Shown: positions 1-12,899 of the stretch, piece after piece
How positions within the stretch are numbered: position 1 is the stretch's first letter
Layout: each line of letters begins with the position of its first letter
DNA from: Asterias rubens
Lineage: Eukaryota
Length of the DNA: 64,000 nucleotides
Reading direction: 5' to 3'
NCBI RefSeq assembly: GCF_902459465.1
Contig: NC_047068.1
Coordinates: forward strand, 11,718,001-11,782,000
Program-made: the position numbers and the translations under genes
Notes under the pieces: generated by a model
Seen by the model: only the letters and a program-made list of their open reading frames with translations
Told to the model about the DNA's origin: nothing
Databases searched by the model: none

Positions 1-89
1 AGTGCGGGTGATGATTGGGGGGCTCGTTAGACCCCCTGGAGGAGGCGACTGGGTGACATCGGGGGCAAGTAAGGCGAGTTGCTTCTCAT
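1..89 (-). CDS. Cav3: Cav3 T-type Ca channel exon, II-III linker (partial, continues beyond window edge)
   Basis: Acceptor ttttcacactcag|AT at 91/90 is phase 1, matching the previous exon. It translates (D)EKQLALLAPDVTQSPPPGGLTSPPIITRT, similar to the Cav3 linker motif LAL...PPLIIHTAATP. Not in the ORF track. Confidence 0.85.
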
Positions 90-545
90 CTGAGTGTGAA
101 AATTGAGTAGTGAGAAATGAGATTGAGTTTTAGGAATCTGATTTTGAGCTGTGAGAAGGCGAGTTGCTTTGAATTTGTGTATGAAATCTGAGTGTTGAGA
201 TTAGAGATTCTGATTTTGAGTTTTGAGAAATGAGCTTATAGAGATTCCAGATTCCAATTTTAAGCTGTGAGAAATTAGCATAGAGATTGTGATTTTGAGT
301 TTGAAAATTGATTTAAGATTCTGATTTTGATCTGTGAGATATGAGTTTGGACATATAACATTTTGGTTTTAGAACTGTGAGAAATGAGCTTAGAGATTTG
401 AGATTTTGATTTTGAGCTAGGAGTTCTCGGATTTCAATTTGAGCTGTACAAAATGAGTTGAGAGATTTAAGATTTTGATTTTGAGCTATGAGAACAAATC
501 TAGGAGATTTAGGATTCTGATTTGAGCTGTGAGACATGAGGTTAG
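90..545. repeat. Degenerate ~42-bp tandem satellite (about 10 units)
   Basis: Recurrent unit gagctgtgagaaatgagcttagagatttgagattttgatttt, directly abutting the exon acceptor. Confidence 0.85.
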
Positions 546-1486
546 AGATTTAACCTTTTGGTGAAAGTGACATCTCAGAAATCTGACCTTTTTTTGTATT
601 GAGGTTTGGGGTTGAAACTTGAAATTTAAAACTTGAGACTAGAGATTGAACCGAAATGTTAAGCATAGAATTGAAATTCAATAGACAATATAAATTAGAT
701 TATAAAAAATGTGAGATAGTGTTTAATAAATGCACTTTGTGTAGTATTGAATAGACCTTGAACGTCTGTAATGTATTTCAATATTCTCAAGAAACTGGGC
801 CTAATTTCGCACAAATGCTGAAGCACACAAAAAACTTAAGCAGAAATTATTTTGGCACACTAGAATAGGGTTACCAGCCAAAATACCATGACACATGTAC
901 CAGTAGTGACTGGCTTCCTGCATATTTTAGCCCAGCAGAATTTGGCATTATTGCCTGTTTAATGAGCTCTATGAAATGTGGCCCAAGGGGATTCCATGTA
1001 CGATGCTATAACATGCGAATAAAATAACATCACACAGTTCGACATGAAAAAACTCAGCCTTTAGCCATTGAGGTATAAATGTTCCATGTTTGAAAAGGGT
1101 CAACAGCTTATGATCATCGGTAGAAAAAAAGGCAGCGATTCCTGCGGGCTTTCCCCAAAGTAAACCTCAGACATAACAATAATACCAATTTATTAGACCA
1201 CGCCTATACAACGCGTTATTCCTTTGTAGCTTGATAAGCTTCACGAGTGTTGTTATTAGCCCCGGTCATACATGTAGGTCCAATATAAATCATCAGCCCC
1301 GAGAATCTGCTAGCCATCCCTTGAGATAAATCATCCCTCTAGCTTATTGACTGACTTATATATCCTTAGGTCCGGTAGGTGGGTCTCTATAACCCCCTAG
1401 GCTAAGGACCGAGTCTCCATCGCGACATATATTACAGATTGACCTACATGTACACTATACCTTGCGCATCAATGCTAGTACACCTT

Positions 1487-1765
1487 GGCATTGGACAGGT
1501 TTGGTAATTACTCAAAATATATGTTAGCACCAAAACGAGCAACGGAGAGCTGTTGGTAGTATTATGAATCATCATTTTTAAGATATGTCAATCTGAGAAA
1601 GACTTCAGTCCTTAGGCTTTTCTCAGGCATGTTTTTCTTCCACTATTTTCTTGCAACTTCGACAACCAATTGAATGATTCAAAATTTCGTTATTTGATGC
1701 ATTTGTTGGGATAAATCAAGTGGGACTACTGGTCTGTGACAATTACCAAACATGTCCAGGGCCCT
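1487..1765. mobile_element. Degenerate copy of TIR MITE family A
   Basis: Ends ggacaggtttggtaatt ... aattaccaaacatgtcc. Internal blocks are shared with the 44123 and 60014 copies. Confidence 0.7.
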
Positions 1766-1857
1766 TAAGAAGAAAACATCAATAAAGAACAAGAAGAAAC
1801 ATCAATAAAGAACATATATCCAAGTAAATGTATGGGACCCTAAAGTCTTGTAGCTAC

Positions 1858-1999
1858 CTGAGGTATCCTTGATAGAGACGATGGATTGAACATCTTGTCC
1901 CTCCTCCTTCTTCTCTCCCATCTCATCGTCGTATCTTTCATCCTCTTCATCCAAACTCTCTCTGCTTGCAGCAGCGAGGCTCGTCTCTTTCTTCTCAGG
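1858..1999 (-). CDS. Cav3: Cav3 exon, proximal acidic II-III linker
   Basis: Acceptor attttgccag|CCT is phase 0 and donor TCAG|gtagct is phase 1. It encodes PEKKETSLAAASRESLDEEDERYDDEMGEKKEEGQDVQSIVSIKDTS. Phases bridge the flanking exons exactly. Sequence homology itself is weak. Confidence 0.8.
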
Positions 2000-2684
2000 C
2001 TGGCAAAATCAAAATAAAAAGAGAAAATCTTTCAAATTCACTCAAATGAGAAAGAAACAAATCTGTTGGACCTAGACTACATCTTGGAATAAACCCCACA
2101 ATGACAGTCTAGTAAAGATGACTGCTTCTGTCTTTTGTGTCTGTTGTCTGTCTTGTCCTGTATGGCATTCCACAATCAAGTAATTGCTTAACGGGGCTTG
2201 CCTCCATTTCACCAACACTGACCTATTCCTACTATTATACACCATTAGTGTATTCTGTTTTTATGTAAATCATTATTTTGTGAAGATATGAGAGATGGAA
2301 AAAAATGTTGTTGAATTGAAATTGAAATACATCTCAGAAAACTTCTTCAGGGCTTTTACGAACCTTAACCGTTCCTAATAAATGTTACAAAACACAATAC
2401 TTCTAATAGATTTCTCGACAAACATTTCAAAAGAAAAACAAAATGAGTGTCAAAAGTTCTTTTAAAACCATGGTTCTGATTAATCTGGTTCTGATTGTGT
2501 GAGTAAATTTGACATTCAAGTACTAAACCACAAGAGAAACTAACTAAGTTTATTTATAGTTTAGGTCTAAACAAAGAAAAATTAACCGGAGTGAGACCAC
2601 CGGATGAATGAACTGGCGCTCTACCAACTAACCCCTATCCAGATGCTGGTGGTCTCCATATTATAAGTTATCATGATAACGTAT

Positions 2685-2812
2685 TTATCTTCAAGCAAAC
2701 TTGGCGCGTGACATAGAACACACAAGACGCATGGTAGTGATATTAGCCGTGCAATATAGGTTTTGCCAATCTGCCAATCTGATTGGAGGATTAGCGCGTA
2801 CTTGAAGATAAT
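2685..2812. mobile_element. Short TIR element (ttatcttcaag...cttgaagataa)
   Basis: A second, inverted copy lies at about 25365-25510. Both give the same spurious translation (FKYALIL..TYIARLISLP). Confidence 0.65.
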
Positions 2813-2879
2813 AGTCAATATCTTTGTTCGGGGTTGCAATCATAACAAAAATATTTACTATTATCGGGAAATCGCCTAG

Positions 2880-2951
2880 GGCTGGATAGCTCAGTTGGTA
2901 GAGCGCCAGTACAGTAATCCAGAGCTCGTTAGTTCAAGTCCCGTTCCAGTC
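2880..2951 (+). mobile_element. tRNA-derived SINE head / tRNA pseudogene
   Basis: A-box tagctcagttggtagagc, B-box gttcaagtc and a 7-bp acceptor stem GGCTGGA/TCCAGTC are present, but the anticodon and T stems do not pair. An inverted partial copy lies at 2598-2650. Confidence 0.7.
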
Positions 2952-5900
2952 AATTTTTCTTTGTGTAAACCCAAACTAATTTAAAATTGTACACTCTCTT
3001 CGCACTGCTTTAAACAGACAGACAGAGAGATGTAGCCACAGCCAAAAGTCAAAGCCGTGTTTTTGAAAAAGGTCAACTGAGGTCGAGCACAGGTCAGTGA
3101 ACTTGTTTTAAAATCTTGATAAATGAGAATATTGCAAAGCATTTTGTTTCGGAATTATTGCCATTCGGTAGCTCAACAAAGTGAGACAGAGCAATGTGGA
3201 TTTTACCACCAGATTTGTTGACGTAGTTAACCAACCCCATCTCTATTACTAATGATTCCAGATCTGGAATAACACGCACACAACGAAGGCCATTACATGG
3301 CCTCCGTTGCATCTGGTCTTGGCCTTGGTGCCCCTTCAAAAGTTTCAAATAGACTTTTAGATTTTCTAATGGAAGTGCCCTTCGCAAAATGAAAATGGCC
3401 TTGCTCTTTCAAAGGTGAAATTCCATGCAAGGGACTCCTTTAAATAACTTATTGTGTCAAGATTTTGACATAAACAAAAACTGTGGTTAGGTTGCTGTGT
3501 ATTTTACATAATGCATTCATTTCCTGTCATTTCCAACTGCCATTCAAGTTTTAGAAGTAATTTCCAAACACATTGTGAGTGTTTTATTCCAAATGCAATT
3601 TGCATTTTTAAATCATCAACTCTTATCAACGATCAAGGTCGCATCTTGAAAACAGAGTTTCCGGATCCTAAGGGTTGATGTCTGATAATTTCATTTCCAA
3701 AGGCGTCTTAAAGCATTGTCAATTCACTCTTTATCACATTAATCTTGCGCAGTGATTACCAATGGAATTTGTTCTTTTTCAAACCTTGAAGATGCTTTTA
3801 GATTGAAAGGGTTTAAAATCTGTGTATTATATTTCAGAAAGAAACAAAGGACTCTTATAAGCACCCCCCTTTAAAGGAACATTACAGAATTGGTAAGAAA
3901 GAAAGAAAAATGTCTAAGATTTTACATTATTTTCACGGTCTAATGATGATGGTAGTAGAAAACGTCCCTAAAAATATTTCTGTCTGAAACGTCATACTTG
4001 ATGAGAAATAAATAAAATTAGTTTCCTGTTTGGAGTTTATCGCTCAGTGAGCGTTTTTTATTTTATTTTATTTTATTTTTAATCGATGTCATGCAAAATG
4101 TGTAATCAATTTTCTACAGGCTTGTCAGTTTATGTAATGGTGGATTTCATAAAGTGCTTACACTGCCAGCGACTGTTTTGTAAGCAGAAACCAATTCTGC
4201 AATGTTCCTTTAACAACACGAACCTTAGCGGTAGCTCAGATATGTTAATGTACGTCTCGAGAAGACAGGATGCACTTTGGTCCGAGTGCAAATGCGATGT
4301 TTAGATCGAAGTGGCCAGACTATGATTTGTATGCTTTGCGGTAAACTACTGCAATGTTACATCTTGCTCTAGTTTAGCACAAACTGAGCCAAGATCAAAG
4401 GTGTTTCTTGATTGAGCGATTTCTCCACTCTTCTGCTGAGATAGTCATCCTCTATTAGCGTCATGGAATTGGAATAAAACGTAATTGCCAGAAAAAAATC
4501 TTTTTGAGAAAGACTCTGCTAGAGTCGAAACATCAGGCCATTAAATATTTCTTTTCATTTATACATGTCCTTTTGGTTGGTAATACTTGCAATAGCTAAT
4601 GCAATTTTCCCAAACATCCTTATTTTATGTTATATAAAAGACATACTCTGATTGGTTCTTAGCCACTCCACTTTTTGTTAAACAAGAACTTTGATTGGCT
4701 ATAATTTTCCCGCTTTTTTCCTGGATACCTTCCCTTCTTTTTGTTATAAATTACGATTTTCAAATTCACAATGTTAATAAAAAATTAAAAAACAGCCACA
4801 CTGGTCTGCCTTATTCCGGAAAGACAATTAAATTCAAACAGGTTTCCATCCCCTCACTACAATAATTAATTTAAAGAAAAAAGAAGATTTTTTTAAATGG
4901 CAGACTCGGAGGAGTTACATAGGGATAGTTCAACAACAGTCAACAAAGTAAATAGGGATTACAGTAATTACAGTACCACACCAGGCACAAATAAAATCTT
5001 CTATTATTTTAAGAAAAGAAAATTATCCAATTCTGCCACAATTATGACAGGCCTGATACTTCACGGAGGCAACAAAGGTGATTGCCTCCATGCCCCCTGG
5101 TCATTGCCTTGGTGCCCTTGAAATGCTCCAGTAGAAATTTACAATTTCCTCATAGGGTGCCCTTTACCAAGGAGAAAACGCCTTGATGCCCTTGCCCTTT
5201 CACAAACGAAGCATACAGGCCTGTGGTGACCAGCTTTGGATTCAACAATACAGTATAGAATCACATGTATCATAATCACATGTAAGATTCAAAACATCTT
5301 AAAGATGCGATGTCAATATCACCATAGTGATTCACATTGTGACATCATCACTTTCCTTTGCAATTACAATTGATACACACATAAAGAACAATCTAAAAAC
5401 AGTATTTTCAAAATAAGAAGCAACAAATCTTGTTTCAAGAAAACAATTCTTGCATCAGTCCCTTGAGAATTTGTCTATTAATAATGTCTTTCGGGAACGA
5501 CAAAAGAGGATACAATTTGTTGAATAAGATTTGTTACTATGTCACTCATACCATTTAAGGCAATGTCTCCTTGAGAAATCAGCTCCATGGCCCTTTAAAA
5601 TACTACTGAGACTTTTTAATATTATGCTAAAATGTGTTGTCACCAAACAGCTGTTTTCACAGAAACCATTTGTGCAATGTTTGATTAATGTCACACCGGA
5701 AACCATTGAATTGCATGTATTTGTTTGATTTGCGTTCATGCATTCAGTGACAATGTAAATAAAGCAAACTCGTCATTAATTCATTGAAACAGACTGCCAT
5801 TAGACAAAACATTAGAAAAAATCTTTAGAAAACATGAAATGGTATGTTTTTATGTATTTATATGTCAACTATTATTTTGCCTGGATCAAAATGCAATTCA

Positions 5901-6360
5901 GACAAATTGGAATCAAAGATGACAGGATATCCTAAAACTCTTAATGTCATCTTTTAGATAAAGTGCTAAATTTATGTATTCATTGTCCGAGTGTAACTAA
6001 ATGAAATTTCCCAAGAATAGTGGTTACTTGGAGTTCGAACTTGTTCACTTTCTTAGTTTGCAATTAACGATAAAGGTCAGCTTTCTTTATTTAAAAAAAG
6101 AATTGTTATTCTGAAAAGGTTCAATGATCTTTGTTTAACCCTCACAGGAAATACAATATCTAATTGTGTAGTTATGAACAGTGTACTTAATAATCCGTAA
6201 GGTTAGTCAATTTTGCAAATTTAAAAAAAAAGGTAATGAAACACAAACAACTAAGGGCAATAAGCTTTACATAAATACAATGTGCCACTCAAAAACTCTC
6301 TTATTTAAACCAAACATAACAATGGTTATCAAACAATAAAAGCAGAATACTACATCAGCA

Positions 6361-6592
6361 CACATCAACTAACTCAACAAAGCAGCTGCCACATCAACTA
6401 ACTCAACAAAGCAGCTGCCACATCAACTAACTCAACAAAGCAGCTGCCACATCAACTAACTCAACAAAGCAGCTGCCACATCAACTAACTCAACAAAGCA
6501 GCTGCCACATCAACTAACTCAACAAAGCAGCTGCCACATCAACTAACTCAACAAAGCAGCTGCCACATCAACTAACTCAACAAAGCAGATGC
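6361..6592. repeat. 29-bp minisatellite, 8 copies
   Basis: cacatcaactaactcaacaaagcagctgc x7 identical, plus an 8th copy with one mismatch. Confidence 0.97.
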
Positions 6593-6914
6593 TATCGTGC
6601 AACAACGACAAGCCAGTGTAAACAAAAACTACATAAATTCAGGATATCAGCGTATAGTACAAAGCCATATGCTACAATGTATGGTTGAAGTCATCCAATT
6701 GGGTACTTAAAACAGTCTCGGATAACGTTTTCACATAACAGCCATCTTGAAAAAAATTCTTGACGCAGTGCAAAAAAATTTGATGGTTTTAGAAACAGTG
6801 ATTATTCACTGGAGCCAATAGCCATAGCCGCTTGAGTTGGTCACAAACCATAGAGCTTTATAGCTCTATCACAACATCATGGGGGTGAGCTTATTTCGAG
6901 TTATTATGTGACTC

Positions 6915-7095
6915 ACTGACTTGTGACTTGACTTGACTTGCAAAAATTTGACTTGTGACTTGACATGACTTGAGCAAAAATGACTTGTGACTTGACTTGA
7001 CTTGAGCAAAGATGACTTGTGACTTGACTTGACTTGAGCAAAGATGACTTGCGACTTGACTTGACTTGAGAAAAAATGACTTGGTCACAACACTG
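6915..7095. repeat. TGACT-based higher-order repeat, possibly a hAT-type subterminal region
   Basis: Arrays of gacttgtgacttgacttgacttgagcaaa ending in ttggtcacaacactg (reverse complement CAGTGTTGTG). Confidence 0.7.
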
Positions 7096-7947
7096 GCTCT
7101 ATGTCACAAACTAAGTATGTAATTTTCTGTGTCTTTGGCTATGGCTGTGTCTGGTATCCGGCTACATCAACAATTTAGTCAGACTCGTAAACCGTTTTCA
7201 CACACTAAGTTTTTTGGTGCATGGTTAGAAAGCTAAACAAAATGGCTGCCATGTGATAAAGTATGCTCTCCTTCAAGAACATGAGAAGGGCGGAAATAAG
7301 ATGGTGGAAGAAAAATGGAGAAACAGAGAGAGAGCAAGAGGGAAACTTGAGTGACAAAGATAAATAATCTGGAAGAGGATGATGGATTAGGGGAGGAAAG
7401 ACAATTGACAGTTTGAAACAAATGAAACAACGTCTGATTTGCAAACAGATGGACAGTGTAGAACGGAGGGGGAGGAGGAGGAGGAGGATGAGGAGTAGGA
7501 AGATGGGAGGAAGATGAATGATTTGAACGAAAGGAAAGCAATAAGGAAAGTGGTTGGAAAAGGGGCTAGACATCTCCCGGATTCTCGTGGTGCACGGCTA
7601 TGTTCTGTACGTAGAGGGGAAAATCGGAATGATTGCAATCCGAGAAACAATAACCCTTTGCATTATAACACGCAACGCTGCTGGAACATGAGGTGATGTG
7701 GAGGTTTTTTTGCACCAACTACAGCTGTTGTCCAATGAGCTGCCTCCTTTTGCCTGAATGAGGGCGCTATTGAGAGTGTGACATCATACGCAAGGGGTTT
7801 ATGAACTCGGCTACCTTTGGGAAAACTCATGAAACACAAATACTAGACACAAACTGACAGAGATTGGGAATGGGATAGCTGGAATGAGACCTGGAAACTG
7901 GTCACCTTGAGGAACTGAATCAGCCATTTTGCGGGTTAGATTTAAGT

Positions 7948-8292
7948 AATGTCTGGTACAATGACTTGCTTAGTCACAATGTACCACTTTTATTTTGAAT
8001 TCCTCAGACTAAGACAGTTGCTATGTCAAATGGTTCAGGGCAAGCTTTTGCATAGCAACCTCCAGATGAGCAAACCCCGGTACCGTTGTGCCATACACAT
8101 CCATTCAGAATTGTGTATGAGTGTTCACATCGTCTCTTACTTAACTATGGAAAAGCTAGTCCATAATGATGTGACATCACAAATCTCTGCATAGTCTAAG
8201 GAATTCAAACTAAACAGTAAAGTTGTGATTGAACCAGTCATTTTAATTTAAGTGGTAACTTGTGATCTGAAGCCTGTCATGGTACCAGACAA
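7948..8292. mobile_element. MITE with TIR tgtctggtac(a/c)atgac
   Basis: Inverted ends. A second copy with ~65-bp TIRs lies at about 27058-27332. Confidence 0.7.
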
Positions 8293-10211
8293 TATTCCAA
8301 TCTAAGACGCAAACAGCTTAATGTAACAGGGGTATGGGCAATTGAACTTTATATTGCAGGCCTGGAATTACAACTTTGAGAGGGCAAGGCCATTTTCATT
8401 TTGCAAAGTGCACTTTTCATTGGAAAATGTTAAAGTCTATGGGAAACTTTTGTTGGGACAACAAGGCCAAGACAAGGGGCAACAGAAGCCATGGCCTCCC
8501 TGGCCTGATATCGAAACGATACATAAAAAAAATTAATCAATTAAAACCCCCAAACAACGGAGAAGGATATTTGAGACAAATACGGAGTGGATATTTTGGG
8601 AGATGAATCTGAGGGGAAGATGGAAATGTAGCGACAAAATGAGAAAGACTTGAGAACATCTAAAGCAAGGTTGGCGCAAACCAAAAACAGGCACTGATCA
8701 ATCAAACAAATATATGGTTTTGGGGTCAAATAAAAATCTTATAAAAACTGCAAATGAGAGTCATCAACACTACAAATAAATCAGAGAAGACAATGTGACT
8801 ACTTATAACATGCTTCAAACATTCTTATCTGGCTTGAATCAAAGGGGGAAAACAGGGCTCGAAATTAACACTGGACCACGGACCCAAGATTTTAGGCTCG
8901 GACCAATAAACTTATCACTGTACAAATGCGACGTTCTTGTGTTTTTGAATAATAAAACCTCACTGCATTTTCAATTTAAACTGACAAATGTAAACATCTT
9001 TCTATTCTGTTGTTTACTGAAGTGTTATCCATCAAGTACCTCCTAGTACTTGTTCAGAAAACAACTCAAATGCAAAACTGTGTAGATCTTGTGTTCTTCT
9101 CATTTTGATTCCGATCTTATAACAAATTCTCTAGTCCAGTAAATGCTTTAAGCTACAAGCCAAGCAGTCCTGTGGTTTTTCCCCCCAAATTCGAGCCCTG
9201 GGAAAAGGTAACACACTTGATAATTCCTGGGAAAGGGTTTTCAAGAATACGGCAGGAGGAGGGTGACTAGACTATCACACTGTTTCAAAACACACTTGGA
9301 CGAAGGCATCATTGTTACTTACCATAACATAATGGAAGTGGCCAGTTTATAATGATGAGGCATGGACGAAAAGTGACAAAGCAAAATTGAAAATGTCAAA
9401 TGTATTATAAGGATACAGGTAACCATGGTAACATGAGCATGTCATCGGTGTGGAATGACGGACAGGTGTTCCTAGCGATAGGATTACTGTTTGGACTGAC
9501 AGCTCGGCTACCGCTTATTAAAGATGTATGCTCAGCGATAATTGACAGCGTAAATCTCTAGACTCATCTTGACGTTCGTCTTCCACACTGTGAGGTTTTG
9601 AATGTTGCTTTGAAATACCCAGGTCCGAGAAACTCATATTATAGTTTCAGATCAGATTGTGAATTTCTGAACCTTCTTTGCTGGCTGTTTCAGAAAAAAA
9701 AACACCCTGTGCTGTTTCTTTTAACTGTGAATGACACAACAGAGTTGAGAAGCAATTCCATTTCATATGAATATTTAACTATGGTGTCAGACACTCACAA
9801 GTTAAAAGCATTTTAATCTTAGATACAACAGAGATCCCCCCCCCCAACAAAAAAAACACCCACAAGCGCCATTGAAACTGGTCAAACTGCCAATACCATC
9901 TGTAAGATATAACTAATTATTTATAAATCGCTTCTGTTTTTTGAAAATGTGAAAAGCTGTGTTATTTGAGGTACAAAATGTGTTATAAACAACCTTGCTT
10001 GCTTATTTCTAGAAAAATTTCAAATGACTAAGTACTACTAAAAAATACAAATCTTTAAGCCAGTACAGAAACTCGGTTTGAATAGCTCCCCAATCAAAGA
10101 ACAAGATTTAAACTGCCTTCTACTTTAAAGTTTAAGTAAAATTCTGTTGCACTCCATCCAGACAAACATCATATCATCGATCATCAGAGATCACATCAAT
10201 TGATATATTAA

Positions 10212-10462
10212 AGGGGCGATGTCATCATGATTAAAGGATTTCATTTTGTTTCAAGACATTGGTTTCTATTCCAGCATGGGTATACATGTACATGTAGTTA
10301 TGAATTCTCACCAAGATACTGCAAGCGCGCATGCCCTCTTAAGATATAATACAAGAGGAGGTGCGCATGCAATAACTGGGTGAGAGTTCAGAAATGTAAA
10401 GCCACAGGCCTGCTTTGATCGGGAACAAAGTAACCCCTAAACATAGCGATGATAGCGCCCCT
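10212..10462. mobile_element. TTAA-flanked TIR MITE (Kolobok-like AG...CT termini)
   Basis: ttaa|aggggcgatgtcatc ... gatgatagcgcccct|ttaa. Confidence 0.8.
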
Positions 10463-11241
10463 TTAACGTAGCGAGGATAATACAAAGAGTCCAGTAAAAA
10501 AAATGCTGATTACTTTAACAAATAGATGTTATTCTAGAATCATAAAAGACTTTTATATCCCAACAATTTCCCCTAAAGAATCGAACCTCGGAGAGATTCA
10601 CGTTGTTTTCTTTACAGTTTTTTTTTAAACCAAGTGTTGACTAACTTGTGCTGACGTGATTTCGCAAATTTTCCATCCATTGTTGTTTGAACAATGCGCG
10701 TTGACCGCCCCATCGACCTGCATGAAAACATCAGCGACATTTGACATTTCAATTTCTGAACAAATTTATGTATTGTGTGTCTCCATGCTATCTTCAAATA
10801 GCCTTCACCAATGTGAATGCATTTATCAAGTTGATGGAGGAAGGCATACAAAAAAAATCTACAAAGGAGAGAAGAAAACGAAACGGGGAAAAAAGATGCA
10901 GGAAGGAAGGAAGCAAGCTGGAGGAATGGAGAGTAATGTCTAGATCTTAGGTCCCTGGAGTAATTACAATTCAAAGATAGAAACGGCCGCACTTTCTGCA
11001 TTATTGAGAGGGTAGTCTCAGAACATCTCCCTTTACGCATCGGATCTGAGAGTTACTTGAACATGATTGGGAATGCTACGTCAATGGGTCCTCGCCAAGA
11101 AATCTGATACTTTTTTTGTGATGACCATGTGAGAAGGAAACATGGAGAGTCGTCGGGTTAAAAGTTAAGAAAGAATCGCTCATATATACATGTATAATGA
11201 CATTTTGAGCCCCTTTCGCAGGGGCTAACAGAGTTCATTAA

Positions 11242-11475
11242 AGGGAAGGTACACGTTTGGTAACTACTCAAAACAAATATTAACTTAAAAACTGACTTGG
11301 TAACAAGCATTGGGGAGCTGTTGATAGTATAAAACATTGTGGGAAACGACTCCCTCTGAAGTACACAGTTTTTGAGAAAGAAGGAATTTCTCACTAAAAT
11401 AATAAAAGACTTCTAGCTAGAAGTCTTTTATTCCTATCTGAAAGCACACAAATTCGACCAACGTGTACCTTCCCT
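11242..11475. mobile_element. TTAA-flanked TIR MITE (family A variant)
   Basis: ttaa|agggaaggtacacgtt ... aacgtgtaccttccct|ttaa (16-bp perfect TIR), with an internal perfect 32-bp palindrome at 11401-11432. Confidence 0.88.
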
Positions 11476-12899
11476 TTAACTGATGCATTACCTAGGTCAA
11501 ATGATGGAAAGTGTACTGGATTGAGGGCGCTGTTTTTGGCTTGTGAGGTCCTGCAAGGGGTCTTTATGATTACTAAAGCTGCCAAGAAGATTGAATAAAT
11601 ATACATTCCTCACAAAATTGACAATTTTTGTAAGATTGAAATCTTCGCCTTCAGGAATATTTCAACTATTACAAACTGAGATTTAAGAAAAAAAAAACAT
11701 CATGTTGGAGGGAAAGCTGACAATACTTTTAAATCCACGACCCAATCTGAGCCTATTTCAGCATGGAGAAACTTGCTCCACATTTTCAGCACTGCATGTT
11801 TTTGAGCATGCTACACATAGCCCTGGTACATGTTGGTTACTGATGATAAGAGGATGATTCCTTCACTTGTACCATTTATGCCTCAGGAGAGAATTCTCCA
11901 TCGCTTGGAAAACAAAATAATCTATCGGAGGGTTCAATAATCTTGAGTGACACAAAGTCCGATGTTTTGTACATAATCTGGCATGATACTTATTCCTTGA
12001 CAAAATGGGAACATTTTATTGAGTACAGGGGGATGCCCTACATTTACCCATGGTGTAGGCTTTGATAGACATAATTCATACTATTTATTCATAATTTTTG
12101 TGTTTTTCCAGGTGCAAAACAAAATCGGAAATCAGACTAAATAAGAAGAATATGATGCCTGTATATTAGACAAGTCATCACTGTTGAAGACTGGTATACA
12201 GTATTGACCTTCAATTCATGAGGTCATTGCAATAATCACATGACCCCTTAGGCAAGTACCAAAGGTCATATCTTATTCTCTTGAAAAAAAAGGAAATGGT
12301 TCCATGCTCCGAGGTCATACATTTGGTTTGGTGAATATATGACATGGGCCAAATTTCATGACTCTAACACCACTGAATTATGTGCTTGTGATTACCATTC
12401 TTCGCTTACAGTTCAAGCACCAAATTTCTGTGCTATACCTGAGTAAGCGAAGAATGCAACATGGAGTCGCACAAGCAGAAATTCACTGCTAACCCGTGAA
12501 ATACAATTGAGTAAGAGTGGAGTTCTCTGCTTTTGTAATGCCAATTCTTTGCTTACACTGTACGTGTAGGTCAGAGCCATTCAATTGGCCCCTGGAGTCT
12601 TTATGAATATTAGTGAAAATGTGACTGCAATATTGTGAATATAGATTTTGATGCAATGCATGTTGAGGTATCAATATATATGTGTGCGTAATGTGATTAT
12701 CGACTTGGCTGTCTAGATTATTCTGATAAGAACTTGTTTTGCAATAACATTTCCAATAATGTTATTTCTTGTCATGTGACCTTAGCATTTAAGCAGACGA
12801 GACAAACTCCTGTCTGAGGCTATTCCTCTAAAAGGCATAGTAAAAAATTGTCAGTCCTTCCATCCAAGGTAAAATTTAACAACCATGCTACAATTTAAC

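Noticed and set aside
1798-1857. Read-through of the weaker GTAGCT donor giving a truncated two-domain channel
   Set aside because: It is possible in principle (19 extra codons then TGA), but there is no nearby poly(A) signal or other support.
2880-2951. Functional tRNA gene
   Set aside because: The anticodon and T stems do not pair, and related heads recur as SINE fragments.
6361-6592. 29-bp repeats as a CRISPR array
   Set aside because: The units are head-to-tail with no spacers.
9409-9416. GTATCCTT U12-type donor on the gene strand
   Set aside because: No associated exon, and an 8-mer is expected by chance in 64 kb.
10612-11040. 142-aa minus-strand ORF as an extra Cav3 exon or nested gene
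   Set aside because: No channel homology, low-complexity purine-rich core and no convincing splice-site pair.
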